Made by a program: the position numbers and the translations under genes. The notes beneath the pieces are model-generated. The model searched no databases. It was given only the letters and a program-made list of their open reading frames with translations, and was not told the origin of the DNA. A stretch of DNA of 31,633 bases, the filler included, from an uncultured virus (IMG/VR IMGVR_UViG_2061766007_004010) (Duplodnaviria > Heunggongvirae > Uroviricota > Caudoviricetes). It is 4 parts of one record of this genome, joined end to end, with 100 filler letters (N's around TTAATTAATTAA, not from the genome) between each part and the next. Parts side by side here need not be neighbours in the genome. Positions count along the whole stretch, not along the records: positions 1 to 14,263 come from IMGVR_UViG_2061766007_004010; 3 more parts are not named here. One strand, 5' to 3'. Numbering within the stretch: position 1 is the stretch's first letter; each line of letters starts with the position of its first letter. Shown here one piece after another: positions 1 through 9,715 of the stretch.

Positions 1-395
1 TCTTGCCGAGGCGTTCCATTTCGGCCAGGTCGTCCCCGGCCCTTACCATCTTGCGGGCGAAGTCGCACGCCGTGGCTATCAGCCGCGGGCAGTCGTCGCC
101 GAACATCCTGTATGCGCGGTCGTAGATTTCCCTGCCCTTGATGTCGACGTTCCGTAGCTTGCAGTGCAGGCCGAAGCCCAAAATCTCGTAATACTTGAGG
201 GAGTACCGCTTCTCGTAAGTGTCCATGAAGTCGGTGAGCTCAGTGAACTCTTCCGGGACCATCTTCCTGGAATCCTCCGGGAACATCATGATGTCGGGGT
301 CGAAGGTGCCGAGCAGGCTCTTCTCGGAAAGTCCGTGGAACAGACGCTGGACGGCGAGGAATTCCGGCCCCTTGAGCTTCAGCTTGAACCCGTTC
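1..395 (-). CDS. T4 Rnl1-type RNA ligase, C-terminal fragment (allele)
   Basis: Reverse strand reads NGFKLKLKGPEFLAVQRLFHGLSEKSLLGTFDPD..., overlapping the end of the ligase fragments at 2680-3070. It stays open to the window edge and is not in the supplied ORF track. Confidence 0.75.
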
Positions 396-588
396 NNNNN
401 NNNNNNNNNNNNNNNNNNNNNNNNNNNNNNNNNNNNNNNNNNNNNNNNNNNNNNNNNNNNNNNNNNNNNNNNNNNNNNNNNNNNNNNNNNNNNNNNNNNN
501 NNNNNNNNNNNNNNNNNNNNNNNNNNNNNNNNNNNNNNNNNNNNNNNNNNNNNNNNNNNNNNNNNNNNNNNNNNNNNNNNNNNNNNNN

Positions 589-738
589 TTCGTCAGCGAT
601 AATCTCGAACAGGTAGGTCAGTCCGGGCACCATGTGCGTCTGCACCTTGTTCTCTATCAGCCATCCGTTCGCCCAGGCCCCCTGCCACGCGGTGAACGAG
701 CCGGAAGTGGTGACCATGAGCTCCCCGTCGACTATGCC
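589..738 (-). CDS. T4 Rnl1-type RNA ligase, internal fragment (allele)
   Basis: GIVDGELMVTTSGSFTAWQGAWANGWLIENKVQTHMVPGLTYLFEIIADE bridges the + strand fragments ending at 2325/2656 and starting at 2680. Confidence 0.8.
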
Positions 739-748
739 NNNNNNNNNN

Positions 749-1066
749 AATGGCGTCCGGCTTCGGCCTGGTGACGTCGACCGTTACAGTTATGTCGTTC
801 CCGGCAATATCACGGAAAATCACCGCCTTTCCGGCCGTGGTGGTGGCGACCTGCACCACCGACAGCGAGTCCTTTCCCTGCACCGAGTGCTGCCCGGCGG
901 TAGCGCCCGGATGGTAAATCATCTTGTGGTGGGTGGGGCACAGCGGGATGGTCACGTCCTTGTTCAGTGTGACGCCGAGTTCCTTCGGATGGATGTGGTG
1001 GAACTCTATGAGCGACCTGTCGTCGGTCTCGTAATTGCAGTTGGGGAAAACACAGCGGTACTTCAT
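749..1066 (-). CDS. HNH endonuclease-like Zn-finger protein, N-terminal part
   Basis: CVFPNC...EFHHIHP...IPLCPTHHKMIY matches the CxxC...HH...LCxxHH pattern. Truncated by a gap; the second allele start is at 1613-1643 (+). Confidence 0.7.
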
Positions 1067-1093
1067 GACACGAAACTATGCCCAACCCGTCCA

Positions 1094-1109
1094 TTTTTTG
1101 CTATATTTG
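1094..1109 (+). promoter_or_regulatory. TTTTTTGCTATATTTG promoter motif (TAnnTTTG-type), 5 nt before ATG
   Basis: The same motif recurs at five independent loci, always upstream of a gene start. The allele copy is at 1570-1585 (-). Confidence 0.7.
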
Positions 1110-1114
1110 ACACG

Positions 1115-1329
1115 ATGAAATACATTATTTCCATTTTGCTCCTTTCAGTGTACTGCCTCGCACAGCAGCAGTACGGCGTCATGTCCGTATGCACCAAGGT
1201 CGACGGAACGGAGCACTGCTTCCTGACCCCCGGGGAATACCGGGCGGTGGAGATGGACGGCACTACGGTGGTCGCCGCCGGGTTCAACATACAGAAGTAC
1301 ACGTCGATAGGGAAGGAGACCGTGTTCAC
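1115..1329 (+). CDS. Small secreted protein with signal peptide (partial)
   Basis: MKYIISILLLSVYCLA|QQQ has a Sec signal pattern and follows the promoter motif. An inverted allele at 1340-1564 (-) has mostly synonymous differences. Confidence 0.7.
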
Positions 1330-1339
1330 NNNNNNNNNN

Positions 1340-1564
1340 GTTCCTGTTCGTGAACACGGTCTCCTTCCCTATCGACGTGTACTTCTGTATGTTGAACCCT
1401 GCGGCGACCACCGTGGTGCCGTCCATTTCCACCGCCCGGTATTCCCCGGGGGTCAGGAAGCAGTGCTCCGTTCCGTCTACCTTGGTGCATACGGACATTA
1501 CGCCGTACTGCTGCTGTGCGAAGCAGTACACTGAAAGGAGCAAAATGGAAATAATGTATCTCAT
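1340..1564 (-). CDS. Second allele of the small secreted protein
   Basis: Near-identical to 1115-1329 (MRYIISILLLSVYCFAQQQ...). Confidence 0.7.
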
Positions 1565-1653
1565 CATGCCAAATATAGCAAAAAATGGACGGTTTGGGCA
1601 TAGTTTCGTGTCATGAAGTACCGCTGTGTTTTCCCCAACTGCANNNNNNNNNN

Positions 1654-1916
1654 ATTACCGGCGGTCCGGAGATGCTCAGGAAACTGTACAGGTTCGAGGA
1701 GACCGACAGTATCGACACACAGATGGAATTTATCGCGAAATGCCGCGAAAGCAGGGCAAAAGGAAAGAAATAATGAACAAGCTACCNNNNNNNNNNGTCA
1801 CAGGCGGGCCGGAGATGCTCAGGAAGCTGTACAGGTTCGAGGAGACCGACAGTATCGACTCGCAGATGGAATTTATCGTGAAATGCCGCGAAAGCAGGGC
1901 AAAAGGAAAGAAATAA
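1654..1916 (+). CDS. C-terminus of a hypothetical protein upstream of the RNA ligase (two alleles: 1654-1773 and 1797-1916)
   Basis: ...TGGPEMLRKLYRFEETDSID(T/S)QMEFI(A/V)KCRESRAKGKK*. Its stop overlaps the ligase ATG (TAATG) in both alleles. Confidence 0.65.
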
Positions 1917-3070
1917 TGAACAAGCTACCACTTTTGGCGGACTACCTGGCTCGTGCCGAGGGTCCGGACCTCATCAAGGCGGTGTCGCCTGACGGGAAAT
2001 ACGTCAAGTTCAAGTACACCGATACGACAATCTTCAACGGACGCTGGGACGAGATTACGCTGAATGCCCGCGGGCACGTGTTCCGCCTGTCCGACGGGGA
2101 ATGTGTCCTCCGCCCGTGGTCCAAGTTCTTCAACTTTTCCGAGCTGTATTCCGAGACCGGGCAGCCGACCAACGTACACAAGATTCTCTCCGGGATTCCC
2201 GGGCTCGAGCCGAAGTTCGGCCTGGACGACCCGCACGTCGCAACCGACAAGCTAGACGGCTCCCTCTGCATCGCCGGCATAGTCGACGGGGAGCTCATGG
2301 TCACCACTTCCGGCTCGTTCACCGCNNNNNNNNNNAAAGTTCAAGTACACCGATACGGCAATCTTCAACGGGCACTGGGACGTGATTACACTGAATGCCC
2401 GCGGGCACGTGTTCCGACTGTCCGACGGGGAATGCGTTCTCCGCCCCTGGTCCAAGTTCTTCAACTTTTCCGAGCTGTATTCCGAGACAGGGCAGCCGAC
2501 CAACGTACACCAGATTCTCTCCGGGATTCCCGGGCTCGAGCCGAAGTTCGGCCTGGACGACCCGCATGTAGCAACCGACAAGCTCGACGGCTCCCTCTGC
2601 ATAGCAGGCATAGTCGACGGGGAGCTCATGGTCACCACTTCCGGCTCGTTCACCGCNNNNNNNNNNNNNNNNNNNNNNTATGGTACCCGGACTGACTTAC
2701 CTGTTCGAGATTATAGCTGACGAGGACCTGCACCCGATACGCTACGACTATGAAGGATGCGTGCTCACCGGTATAATCGACAATGCTACCGGCGTCGAGC
2801 AGCCCTATGCCGAGCTTCAGCGGTTCGCCGCCGAGGCCGGCATCCGAGTTACCCAGCAGGTAATCCTCAACTCCTTCGAGGAGACCCTGGAATACGTCAA
2901 GTCCCTCCCGGCAAACAAGGAAGGGCTCGTCGTAACCTATCTCGAGAACGGGTTCAAGCTGAAGCTCAAGGGCCCGGAATTCCTGGCCGTCCAGCNNNNN
3001 NNNNNGGTAACCTATCTCGGGAACGGGTTCAAGCTGAAGCTCAAGGGGCCGGAATTCCTCGCCGTCCAGC
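1916..3070 (+). CDS. T4 Rnl1 (RnlA)-family RNA ligase, fragmented (1916-2325, 2336-2656, 2680-2995, 3006-3070)
   Basis: FKYT...W...NARGHVF...RPWSKFFN, motif I TDKLDGSL, TSGSF, TYLFEII, motif IV EGLVV and motif V KLKLKG. This is the Rnl1 motif set in order. Confidence 0.9.
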
Positions 3071-3080
3071 NNNNNNNNNN

Positions 3081-3445
3081 TGAGGTCGACGAGTGCGACA
3101 GCTACGCGGAAATGCAGGTGGATTCCAAGGGTTACTGCCAGGCCGGCAACGCGGTATACTTCTCGCCGGGACACCGGCACATAGCGGCCGACCTGCTGAA
3201 GAAGCACATAGAGCACTACATGGTGCAGGCCAAGTCNNNNNNNNNNCGAGTGCGACAGCTACGCGGAAATGCAGGTGGATTCCAAGGGCTACTGCCAGGC
3301 CGGTAACGCGGTATACTTCTCGCCGGGACACCGGCACATAGCTGCCGACCTGCTGAAGAAGCACATAGAGCACTACATGGTGCAGGCCAAGTCGGAATAC
3401 GAAAATGCCCTGGCGAGGGCCAGGGCTGACTGGAAGAGTCTCTAG
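3081..3445 (+). CDS. C-terminal fragment of a hypothetical protein (two alleles), possibly the tail of the HNH protein
   Basis: EVDECDSYAEMQ...QAKSEYENALARARADWKSL*. Its stop overlaps the convergent gene's stop. It is not the ligase tail, which is at 1-395. The link to the HNH protein is inferred only. Confidence 0.55.
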
Positions 3446-4104
3446 TCTATTTTCTTCTCGATATTTCCCGAATCGGTATCGAGGAGGTAGTACGGCTCGC
3501 CCTTGGCGCTGCTGTTGAATATATACCAGGTACCGTCACCGTTGTCGTCGATATACCTGTACGGGTCCGGAAGTACCTTGTTCCCCCCGCTCATCAGGTA
3601 AGTCCCGGGCTTGCCCTCGTCCGCTGCCGTCCTTGGCAACCGTTTAATGCTGTAGAACTTGCCGTTGCGGCTTATTTCGTCCAAGGTAAACCCGGTAGGT
3701 ATTTCAGTACACGGGCAATCGGCCAGGTCCTGTCCCTTCTTCGTGACGACATAGAATTTCTGCGCGCCGCCCTTGCCGTCCCTCGGTTCATAGGAGAGTA
3801 TCCAGTAGCTTGCCTGGCTGAACCCTGTGGAGGCGAACCTGTCCTCCCCGCAGAACTTCGCGTCCGTGAACGGGACGTCGCTCGATTCGGCAAGTAAAAG
3901 TTCGCCGGTATCGGCGTCAAGCAGGTTGACCGCCCGGCCATCCCGGGTAACGAATACGATGGGCGCATTGTCGATGGCGAAGGAATCCCCTATAGTCAGT
4001 CCCTCCGAGACGCTCCCGCACAACTCCCCGTAAGGTTCCTGCAGCGAATACAGGGAATGCCCGTCGGTCACGTACAGCGGGGTCTTCCCGTCATACAGCA
4101 CCTT
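3442..4104 (-). CDS. C-terminal allele of the large protein at 6821-8285
   Basis: Near-identical to 6821-7376. It also supplies the segment missing at the 6886-6895 gap. Confidence 0.7.
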   Translation of the reverse strand, partial: KVLYDGKTPLYVTDGHSLYSLQEPYGELCGSVSEGLTIGDSFAIDNAPIVFVTRDGRAVNLLDADTGELLLAESSDVPFTDAKFCGEDRFASTGFSQASYWILSYEPRDGKGGAQKFYVVTKKGQDLADCPCTEIPTGFTLDEISRNGKFYSIKRLPRTAADEGKPGTYLMSGGNKVLPDPYRYIDDNGDGTWYIFNSSAKGEPYYLLDTDSGNIEKKID

Positions 4105-4114
4105 NNNNNNNNNN

Positions 4115-4642
4115 CGGCGCCGTTCAAGAACTTCTGGGCTCTCCCCGGAGGTTTCGCGGAACCCCGCGAGGACATCGAGCAGGTCGCAGTGCGCAAGCTC
4201 AAGGAAAAGGCCAGTATCGAAATCTTCCCCTCCCAGGTGAAGCACATCGGCGTATACACCCCGGACGACCCCAGGGCCACCGCGAAGGAAGGACACTGGG
4301 CGTATGANNNNNNNNNNCGTTCGCAAACTCAAGAAAGAGGTCAGTATCGAAATCTTCCCGGCCCAGGTGAAGCACGTCGGCGTATATACCCCGGACGACC
4401 CCAGGGCCACCGCGAAGGAAGGACACTGGGCGTATGACGTTGGCCTTGCCGTAGGCATAGATGCAATCGCTATCCCTGCCGTCAAGGCCGGCGACGATGC
4501 AGTCGAGGCCGAATGGGTTCCGATGGATGACGCGCTGGAAGCGAACCTCGCGTTCCACCACAGCAAGATTCTCAAGGATTTCCACAGCCGTTACCCCAAT
4601 GGCCTTCCCGGGCCGTACGGCATCACCACGATAGCGCTCTAG
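4115..4642 (+). CDS. Nudix domain with degenerate Nudix box (alleles 4115-4307 and 4318-4642); C-terminal domain of the NadD-like fusion
   Basis: APFKNFWALPGGF, DPR, AGDDAVEAEW and LAFHHSKIL are ADP-ribose pyrophosphatase/NrtR-like motifs. The box reads RKLKEKASI or RKLKKEVSI instead of REUxEExGU. Confidence 0.85.
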
Positions 4643-4650
4643 GAGGAAGG

Positions 4651-5628
4651 ATGCAGAAGTTTCTAGTATGCCCCGCGGTAGGCGGCGCCTCGATATCGTT
4701 CGCCGCAGTCAAGTACCTCATCAGGGAATGCGGCGACGGCATCGACCCGCTGTACCGCTANNNNNNNNNNCAGGATGCAGAAGTTTCTAGTATGCCCCGC
4801 GGTAGGCGGCGCCGCGATATCGTTCGCCGCAGTAAAGTATCTCATCAGGGAATGCGGCGACGGCCTCGACCCGCTGTACCGCTACATGAACGACCATCCC
4901 GGGGAACACGTTTCCGAATCAGGGGGCAAGGTCGGCTTTCCCGGCGAAGGCCTGTACAGCCCGCTCCTTACCGAGTGGTGGAGGCTCTTCTCCAGCCGGA
5001 GGATAACGCACGGGCAGAAACTGACATTCGACGACCTGGTCAGCGATACGGCAACGCTCTCCTTCCTGTGGGGAGAGTTTGCAGGAATCCGCGGCATGCT
5101 CGTACCGTTCATCGAGCGCCTTGACGGGCACTACNNNNNNNNNNATGGTCAGCGATACGACAACGCTCGCCTTCCTGTGGGGCGAGTTTGCAAGAATCCG
5201 CGGCATGCTCGTACCGTTCATCGAGCGCCTTGACGGGCACTACGCGATGTTCGACGTCATGAACGACAAGACCCCGCTGAGGATAGTCGAGGTTCCGGAC
5301 GGGTACTACTGCGGGGTGACCGAGGATTCAGAGACCGGCTGCGAGTTCGTGGAGGAATACCCCAGGATTTGGCACGCCAGGTCCGACGACGAGTACATGG
5401 CCATCGCCGCCGTGNNNNNNNNNNACCGGACGGGTACTACTGCGGGGTGACCGAGGATTCCGAGACCGGCTGCGAGTTCGTGGAGGAATATCCCCGGATT
5501 TGGCACGCCAGGTCCGACGACGAGTACATGGCCATCGCCGCCGTGAAGCGGTTCGTCGCCCACGACGCGTCGAAGGGGGACTGGTACCAGGAACTGAATG
5601 TGTACGACCTCAGTACCGGAGGCTGCGG
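4651..5628 (+). CDS. Phage hypothetical protein, fragmented into four overlapping allele pieces
   Basis: AGGAGG SD then MQKFLVCPAVGG.... The LRIVEVPDG...GCEFVEEYPRIW segment resembles a common phage hypothetical family (from memory). Confidence 0.65.
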
Positions 5629-5638
5629 NNNNNNNNNN

Positions 5639-5796
5639 GGCCAACGGGATGTACAACCAGACGACCCCATTGACGATGGAAATGGAAACCGGTGCCGTAG
5701 TCCAGAACTATGACCCGGACAAGTATCCGAAATGCTCAGTGACAGCAACCGTCGTAGTCTACAGCAATAACATGGTGCTCCTTGTAAAGCGCAAGG
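5639..5796 (+). CDS. Junction fragment linking the NadD-like and Nudix domains
   Basis: ANGMYNQ...YDPDKYPKCSVTATVVVYSNNMVLLVKRK has a NadD-type GxY ending followed, with no stop, by the first Nudix strands. Confidence 0.75.
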
Positions 5797-5821
5797 NNNN
5801 NNNNNNGAATCTACCTCATGG

Positions 5822-5846
5822 AATCCCGCCTCCGGGCGGGATTTTT
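5822..5846 (+). terminator. Intrinsic terminator overlapping the promoter motif
   Basis: AATCCCGCC/GGCGGGATT stem followed by a T run. Confidence 0.7.
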
Positions 5847-5856
5847 GCTATATTTG
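5842..5856 (+). promoter_or_regulatory. TTTTTGCTATATTTG promoter motif, 4 nt before ATG
   Basis: Recurrent motif. Confidence 0.7.
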
Positions 5857-5860
5857 GGAT

Positions 5861-6600
5861 ATGAACAATGCAGATAATTTTAACCAAGCGAATGCAGACA
5901 ATTTTAACCTGGCGATTGAGTTAACGAAGCAGAAGCTTAAATTGATGTCGAATCTCCACGAGGCCGACAAGGTATATGTCATGTACGGGGAATTCGACCC
6001 GTTCACTGCCCGCCACGAGGCTATCCTTCGTGAACTGCTTCTGCAGGCAACCATGGCCGAAGTGAAGTCCGATGGCCGGCGCAAGGAAGCCATCGTCATG
6101 GTCGTGGAGGACAAGCCGAGCTATTCCGGCGCAACCGCCTTGAGCCAGCGTCTTCGCATGGCTGAACTGGCCGCATACCACCAGACATGCATCAAGGTAT
6201 TCGAAACGATGGCGGACTACGTCTTTGTCGTGCCGAAGAAAGGTTCCCTGGAGGAAACCATAACGGAATCTCTCGGTCTTGTCCTTGGCAAGACATTCAT
6301 CGTAATGGACGCCGCACAGTGGAACAACCAGCTCAACCATATCGCCATCAACGGAAAGACAACCGTGACCTACATGCATGAAATGAGCGATACTCTGATA
6401 AATGAATCACGCTTCATCGTATTCAGAAGCGGTTCGGAAGAGGTCAAGCCCGGACCCTCCAACGTAAAACGGTCAGTCATGACGGTTTCCAGTGCAGTGG
6501 TGCCCCTGGTGTACGAAGGCGACGTGAGACGGCACATGAAGTACAATCCACTGTATAACGGCACGGAAGTCCCGGCATATACCAGGGATTTCATCGCTAC
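5861..6600 (+). CDS. NadD/NMNAT-like (HIGH-superfamily) domain, degenerate; N-terminal part of the NadD-Nudix fusion
   Basis: VYVMYGEFDPFTARHEAIL (cf. GGtFDPxHxGH), RLRMAELA, FIVMDAAQW, FIVFR and VPAYTRDFI. The second allele is at 13530-14263. Confidence 0.75.
5867..5914 (+). repeat. 24-bp tandem duplication at the gene start
   Basis: AATGCAGATAATTTTAACCAAGCG / AATGCAGACAATTTTAACCTGGCG. Also present in the other allele (13533-13580). Confidence 0.85.
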
Positions 6601-6820
6601 NNNNNNNNNNNNNNNNNNNNNNNNNNNNNNNNNNNNNNNNNNNNNNNNNNNNNNNNNNNNNNNNNNNNNNNNNNNNNNNNNNNNNNNNNNNNNNNNNNNN
6701 NNNNNNNNNNNNNNNNNNNNNNNNNNNNNNNNNNNAGGCGCCGTTCAAGAACTTCTGGGCTCTCCCCGGAGGTTTCGCGGAACCCCNNNNNNNNNNAGCC
6801 AGGGCTGACTGGAAAAGCCT

Positions 6821-8285
6821 CTAGTCTTTTTTCAACTCGATATTTCCCGAATCGGTATCGAGGAGGTAGTACGGCTCGCCCTTGGNNNNNNNNNNGGCCG
6901 TCCTGGGCAACCGTTTGATGCTGTAGAACTTGCCGTTGCGGCTTATGTCTTCCAAGGCAAACCCGGTAGGTATTTCAGTACATGGGCAATCGGCCAGGTC
7001 CTGTCCCTTCTTCGTGACGACATAGAATTTCTGCGCGCCGCCCTTGCCGTCCCTCGGTTCATAGGAGAGTATCCAGTAACTTGCCTGGCTGAACCCGGTG
7101 GAGGCGAACCTGTCCTCCCCGCAGAACTGAGCGTCAGTGAACGGGACGTCGCTCGATTCGGCCAGTAAGAGTTCGCCGGTATCGGCGTCAAGCAGGTTGA
7201 CCGCCCGTCCATCCCGGGTAACGAATACGATGGGCGCATTGTCGATGGCGAAGGAATCCCCTATCGTCAGCCCCTCCGGGACTCTCCCGCACAACTCCCC
7301 GTAAGGTTCCTGCAGCGAATACAGTGAATGCCCGTCGGTCACGTACAGCGGGGTCTTCCCGTCATACAGCACCTTGCATTCGTCGGCGTCGACCCATTCC
7401 GGCAAGACCAGCCGGTACCTGCCGTCGGCATATACGACGATGTTCGTGCCACCGTGTGCGCGGTCGTTCACCAGGAACACATCGTGGGACAGTTCCTTGC
7501 ATTCGTCCACGAGGTCGGCCAGGTCATATAGCTGCCCTTCCAGGGCGGACTCCAGGCTGCCCATGTCAGCCACTTCCACGCCGGCAGCCGCCAGCAGTCG
7601 TCCCGCCTCGATGAACTTGACCGCAGTATTGGAGCGGTCGAACGCGTTGGCCACCCGCTTGGACGGGGTAACGAACGTCCCGACCATGGACATGCGGTCG
7701 TATCTCGGTCTCGACCGGTCGTACAGTATGTAGAACTGGTTCTCGTCGTCGTCCGAATATTTGGCCCATGCGGTCTCGGACTGGATGCACCATTCGACGT
7801 CGGTNNNNNNNNNNTGCCACGTAGTTTCCGCCGGTGCCTGGTTTCGCGGCTGCCGGTTTCAGTGACCGGTCCAGCTTCCCGATGGTTTCTTCGTCCAGGG
7901 ATGCCCCGCGGTGCATGGAAAGGTAGTCCCTTATGTTCTCGCCCAGGTGCGAGACCCTCTGGTGCAGGGTGTCGTCGGCTATGTCGAACTCCGGTATGAT
8001 AACGCGTGCAACATACTCCACGATAGGCAGGATGAGCCCGATGTGCTGCTTGAAGCTCGGGTCTGTCTCCGGCTTCGTTCCAGGAGCCGCCATCGGGTCG
8101 AACACGGTGTTCTTAACCAGGTGGACGACCTGCATGGCATCCTCCGGGGTGTACCCGTACTCGTCGACAAGGAGGTGCCTTGCCCTGCTCATCGTCTTGG
8201 AAACGCCCGAACCCTCGAACAGGGCGCTGAACGCCCGGTTTGCGGCCTCGAATACCGGCCCGCTGCCTGTGAATATCTTCTGCAT
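6821..8285 (-). CDS. Large hypothetical protein, candidate virion-internal (head-packaged) protein; gapped
   Basis: The frame stays open from 7804 down (TDVEWCIQSETAW...) and probably joins 7815-8285. The N-terminus is MQKIFTGSGPVFEAANRAFSALFEG, and it is preceded by TATAAACTCC. Confidence 0.6.
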
Positions 8286-8290
8286 AACAG

Positions 8291-8300
8291 GGAGTTTATA
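8291..8300 (-). promoter_or_regulatory. TATAAACTCC candidate late promoter
   Basis: Lies between a terminator and the ATG. The same 9-mer ATAAACTCC occurs at 10233-10241 (-), and it resembles the T4 late promoter TATAAATA. Confidence 0.45.
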
Positions 8301-8305
8301 CGAGA

Positions 8306-8328
8306 AATCCCCGGGATTCCCGGGGATT
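8306..8328 (-). terminator. Hairpin terminator after the 8336-9705 genes
   Basis: Perfect 10-bp stem AATCCCCGGG-att-CCCGGGGATT, 7 nt after the stop. The U tract is weak. Confidence 0.6.
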
Positions 8329-8335
8329 CATTGCG

Positions 8336-8662
8336 TCAGTTTACCTTGGAGCAGGTCCCGCCGCTCAATTCCATCGCCTTGGCCTCGACTATGTCGAACG
8401 CCACGTTCATACCGGCCGAATATCCCAGATGGAACGACGCGATGTTCGCCTCGCTAATCTTCGTGACCAGCATTTCCTGGACGGTCCTGGAAATCTCCTC
8501 GTCGGGAACCTTCCCGCGGTTGTCGAGCACGTACTTGTTGGCCTCGGCCTGGTAGGACATGAACGCATTCGCGGTGATTTCGGAGAATTTCGCCTGGTTC
8601 GCCTCGAGCGAGGCGGATATGAGCTTCGTCTGCTCGGTAAGTGCCATGTCCTCGACTACCAT
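8336..8662 (-). CDS. Hypothetical helical protein
   Basis: 108-aa ORF with GAGG SD, coupled to the upstream stop (TGATG). Confidence 0.7.
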   Translation of the reverse strand: MVVEDMALTEQTKLISASLEANQAKFSEITANAFMSYQAEANKYVLDNRGKVPDEEISRTVQEMLVTKISEANIASFHLGYSAGMNVAFDIVEAKAMELSGGTCSKVN

Positions 8663-9111
8663 CAGTCCCTCGCCTCGTCAAGAAGTGCCTTGTGGTTCTT
8701 GTGGATGTACTCGCTGAGCTTGACATAGGCGTTGCTCAGGCTTTCCCCGCTGAACCCGCGGTAGCGCGTACGTGCCGGATACACTGCGATGACCTGGTCA
8801 GCCGCGTCAGTGACAACGCAGATTGCCCACCCGAAGATGTGCAGGAACGTATTGACGAACAGGAGTAGACCCGTGTTCTTGAACTCGTACCAGGTCTTCT
8901 GCGTGTAGTTCTCGATTGGGAGGGCGTCCGGCTCCGTAGTCTTGCTGCGAGCCATTTTCGTTACGGCCTTCTTGGCGGTATCGCCGTCGATGCCGACAAC
9001 CTTCGTAAGCACGAACTCGTCCTTGAGGATGCCGGCACTGGCCGGTTCCACGGATTTTGGAGTGACCGGTTTCTTGGACTTTGTCTTGGATTTCAGAATT
9101 TTTGCTTTCAT
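8662..9111 (-). CDS. Conserved-type phage hypothetical protein with Lys-rich N-terminus
   Basis: AAAGGAG SD. The C-terminal W.EF..TGLLLFVN.FLHIFGWAI...YPART.YRGF resembles a widespread phage hypothetical family (from memory). Confidence 0.75.
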   Translation of the reverse strand: MKAKILKSKTKSKKPVTPKSVEPASAGILKDEFVLTKVVGIDGDTAKKAVTKMARSKTTEPDALPIENYTQKTWYEFKNTGLLLFVNTFLHIFGWAICVVTDAADQVIAVYPARTRYRGFSGESLSNAYVKLSEYIHKNHKALLDEARD

Positions 9112-9134
9112 GGCAGACTCCTTTGTCTGCCATG
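9109..9134 (-). promoter_or_regulatory. Perfect hairpin sequestering the start codon, with the SD in the loop
   Basis: mRNA reads CAUGGCAGAC-AAAGGA-GUCUGCCAUG; the last AUG is the start codon at 9111. Confidence 0.7.
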
Positions 9135-9163
9135 AAACTAGTGCATTTCAGGCAATGCCGCCA

Positions 9164-9705
9164 TTATTTTCGGTTGAGCAGGCGCAGGATTCTTCCAAGG
9201 AGTCCGCGCTTGGCCACGGCGGGTTCGGCCTCATGTTCCGCATCGTCGAAATCCGGGATGTACAGGTTGGTGATGCCGTCAGCTTTCACGAAGGAATCCC
9301 CGTTGGTATCCGTGCCGAATACGTCGGAGAACTCCTTTATGTTGAACGAGCGGGTAATCAGGTGCAGCCCGGACTTGGACGGGATGCGGCACAGTTCCTT
9401 CTCGACATCGTACGGGTGGCACTTCTCCTTGATGAACGCGGACCATGTGTCTGCCACATGCTCTATCGTGTCCATACCCGGGATTTCCGGGTTTACCCTT
9501 TCGGGGTCGATGTCGATAATCCACTTGACCGTCTCGCGGGGTTCGGAAGAATATGAACCGAGAACACTGCCGTAAATCTTGGTGGCCGAGCGAATCTTGT
9601 TCATCTTCGCCTTCAGGATGGTATTGGTATTCCCGGTCTTGATGGCCTTACGGACAGTCTGGTTCCTGGTGAGCTGCTCCTTGAGCATCTCTATCTGGGC
9701 ATAGA
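9164..9705 (-). CDS. AEP/Prim-Pol-like protein, C-terminal part
   Basis: KWIIDID (hhhDxD) and IPSKSGLHLI (SxxGxH) motifs. The N-terminus is probably 14690-14932. Fusion to the cadherin N-terminus in the ORF track is a gap artefact. Confidence 0.6.
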
Positions 9706-9715
9706 NNNNNNNNNN

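Noticed and set aside
1050..1643. Large inverted repeat suggesting an invertible or hairpin element
   Set aside because: The two arms are separate contigs split by a 10-N spacer and are allelic copies. No recombinase is visible.
2680..3306. EVDECDSY... segment as the RNA ligase C-terminus
   Set aside because: The real continuation after EFLAVQ is on the reverse strand at 1-395.
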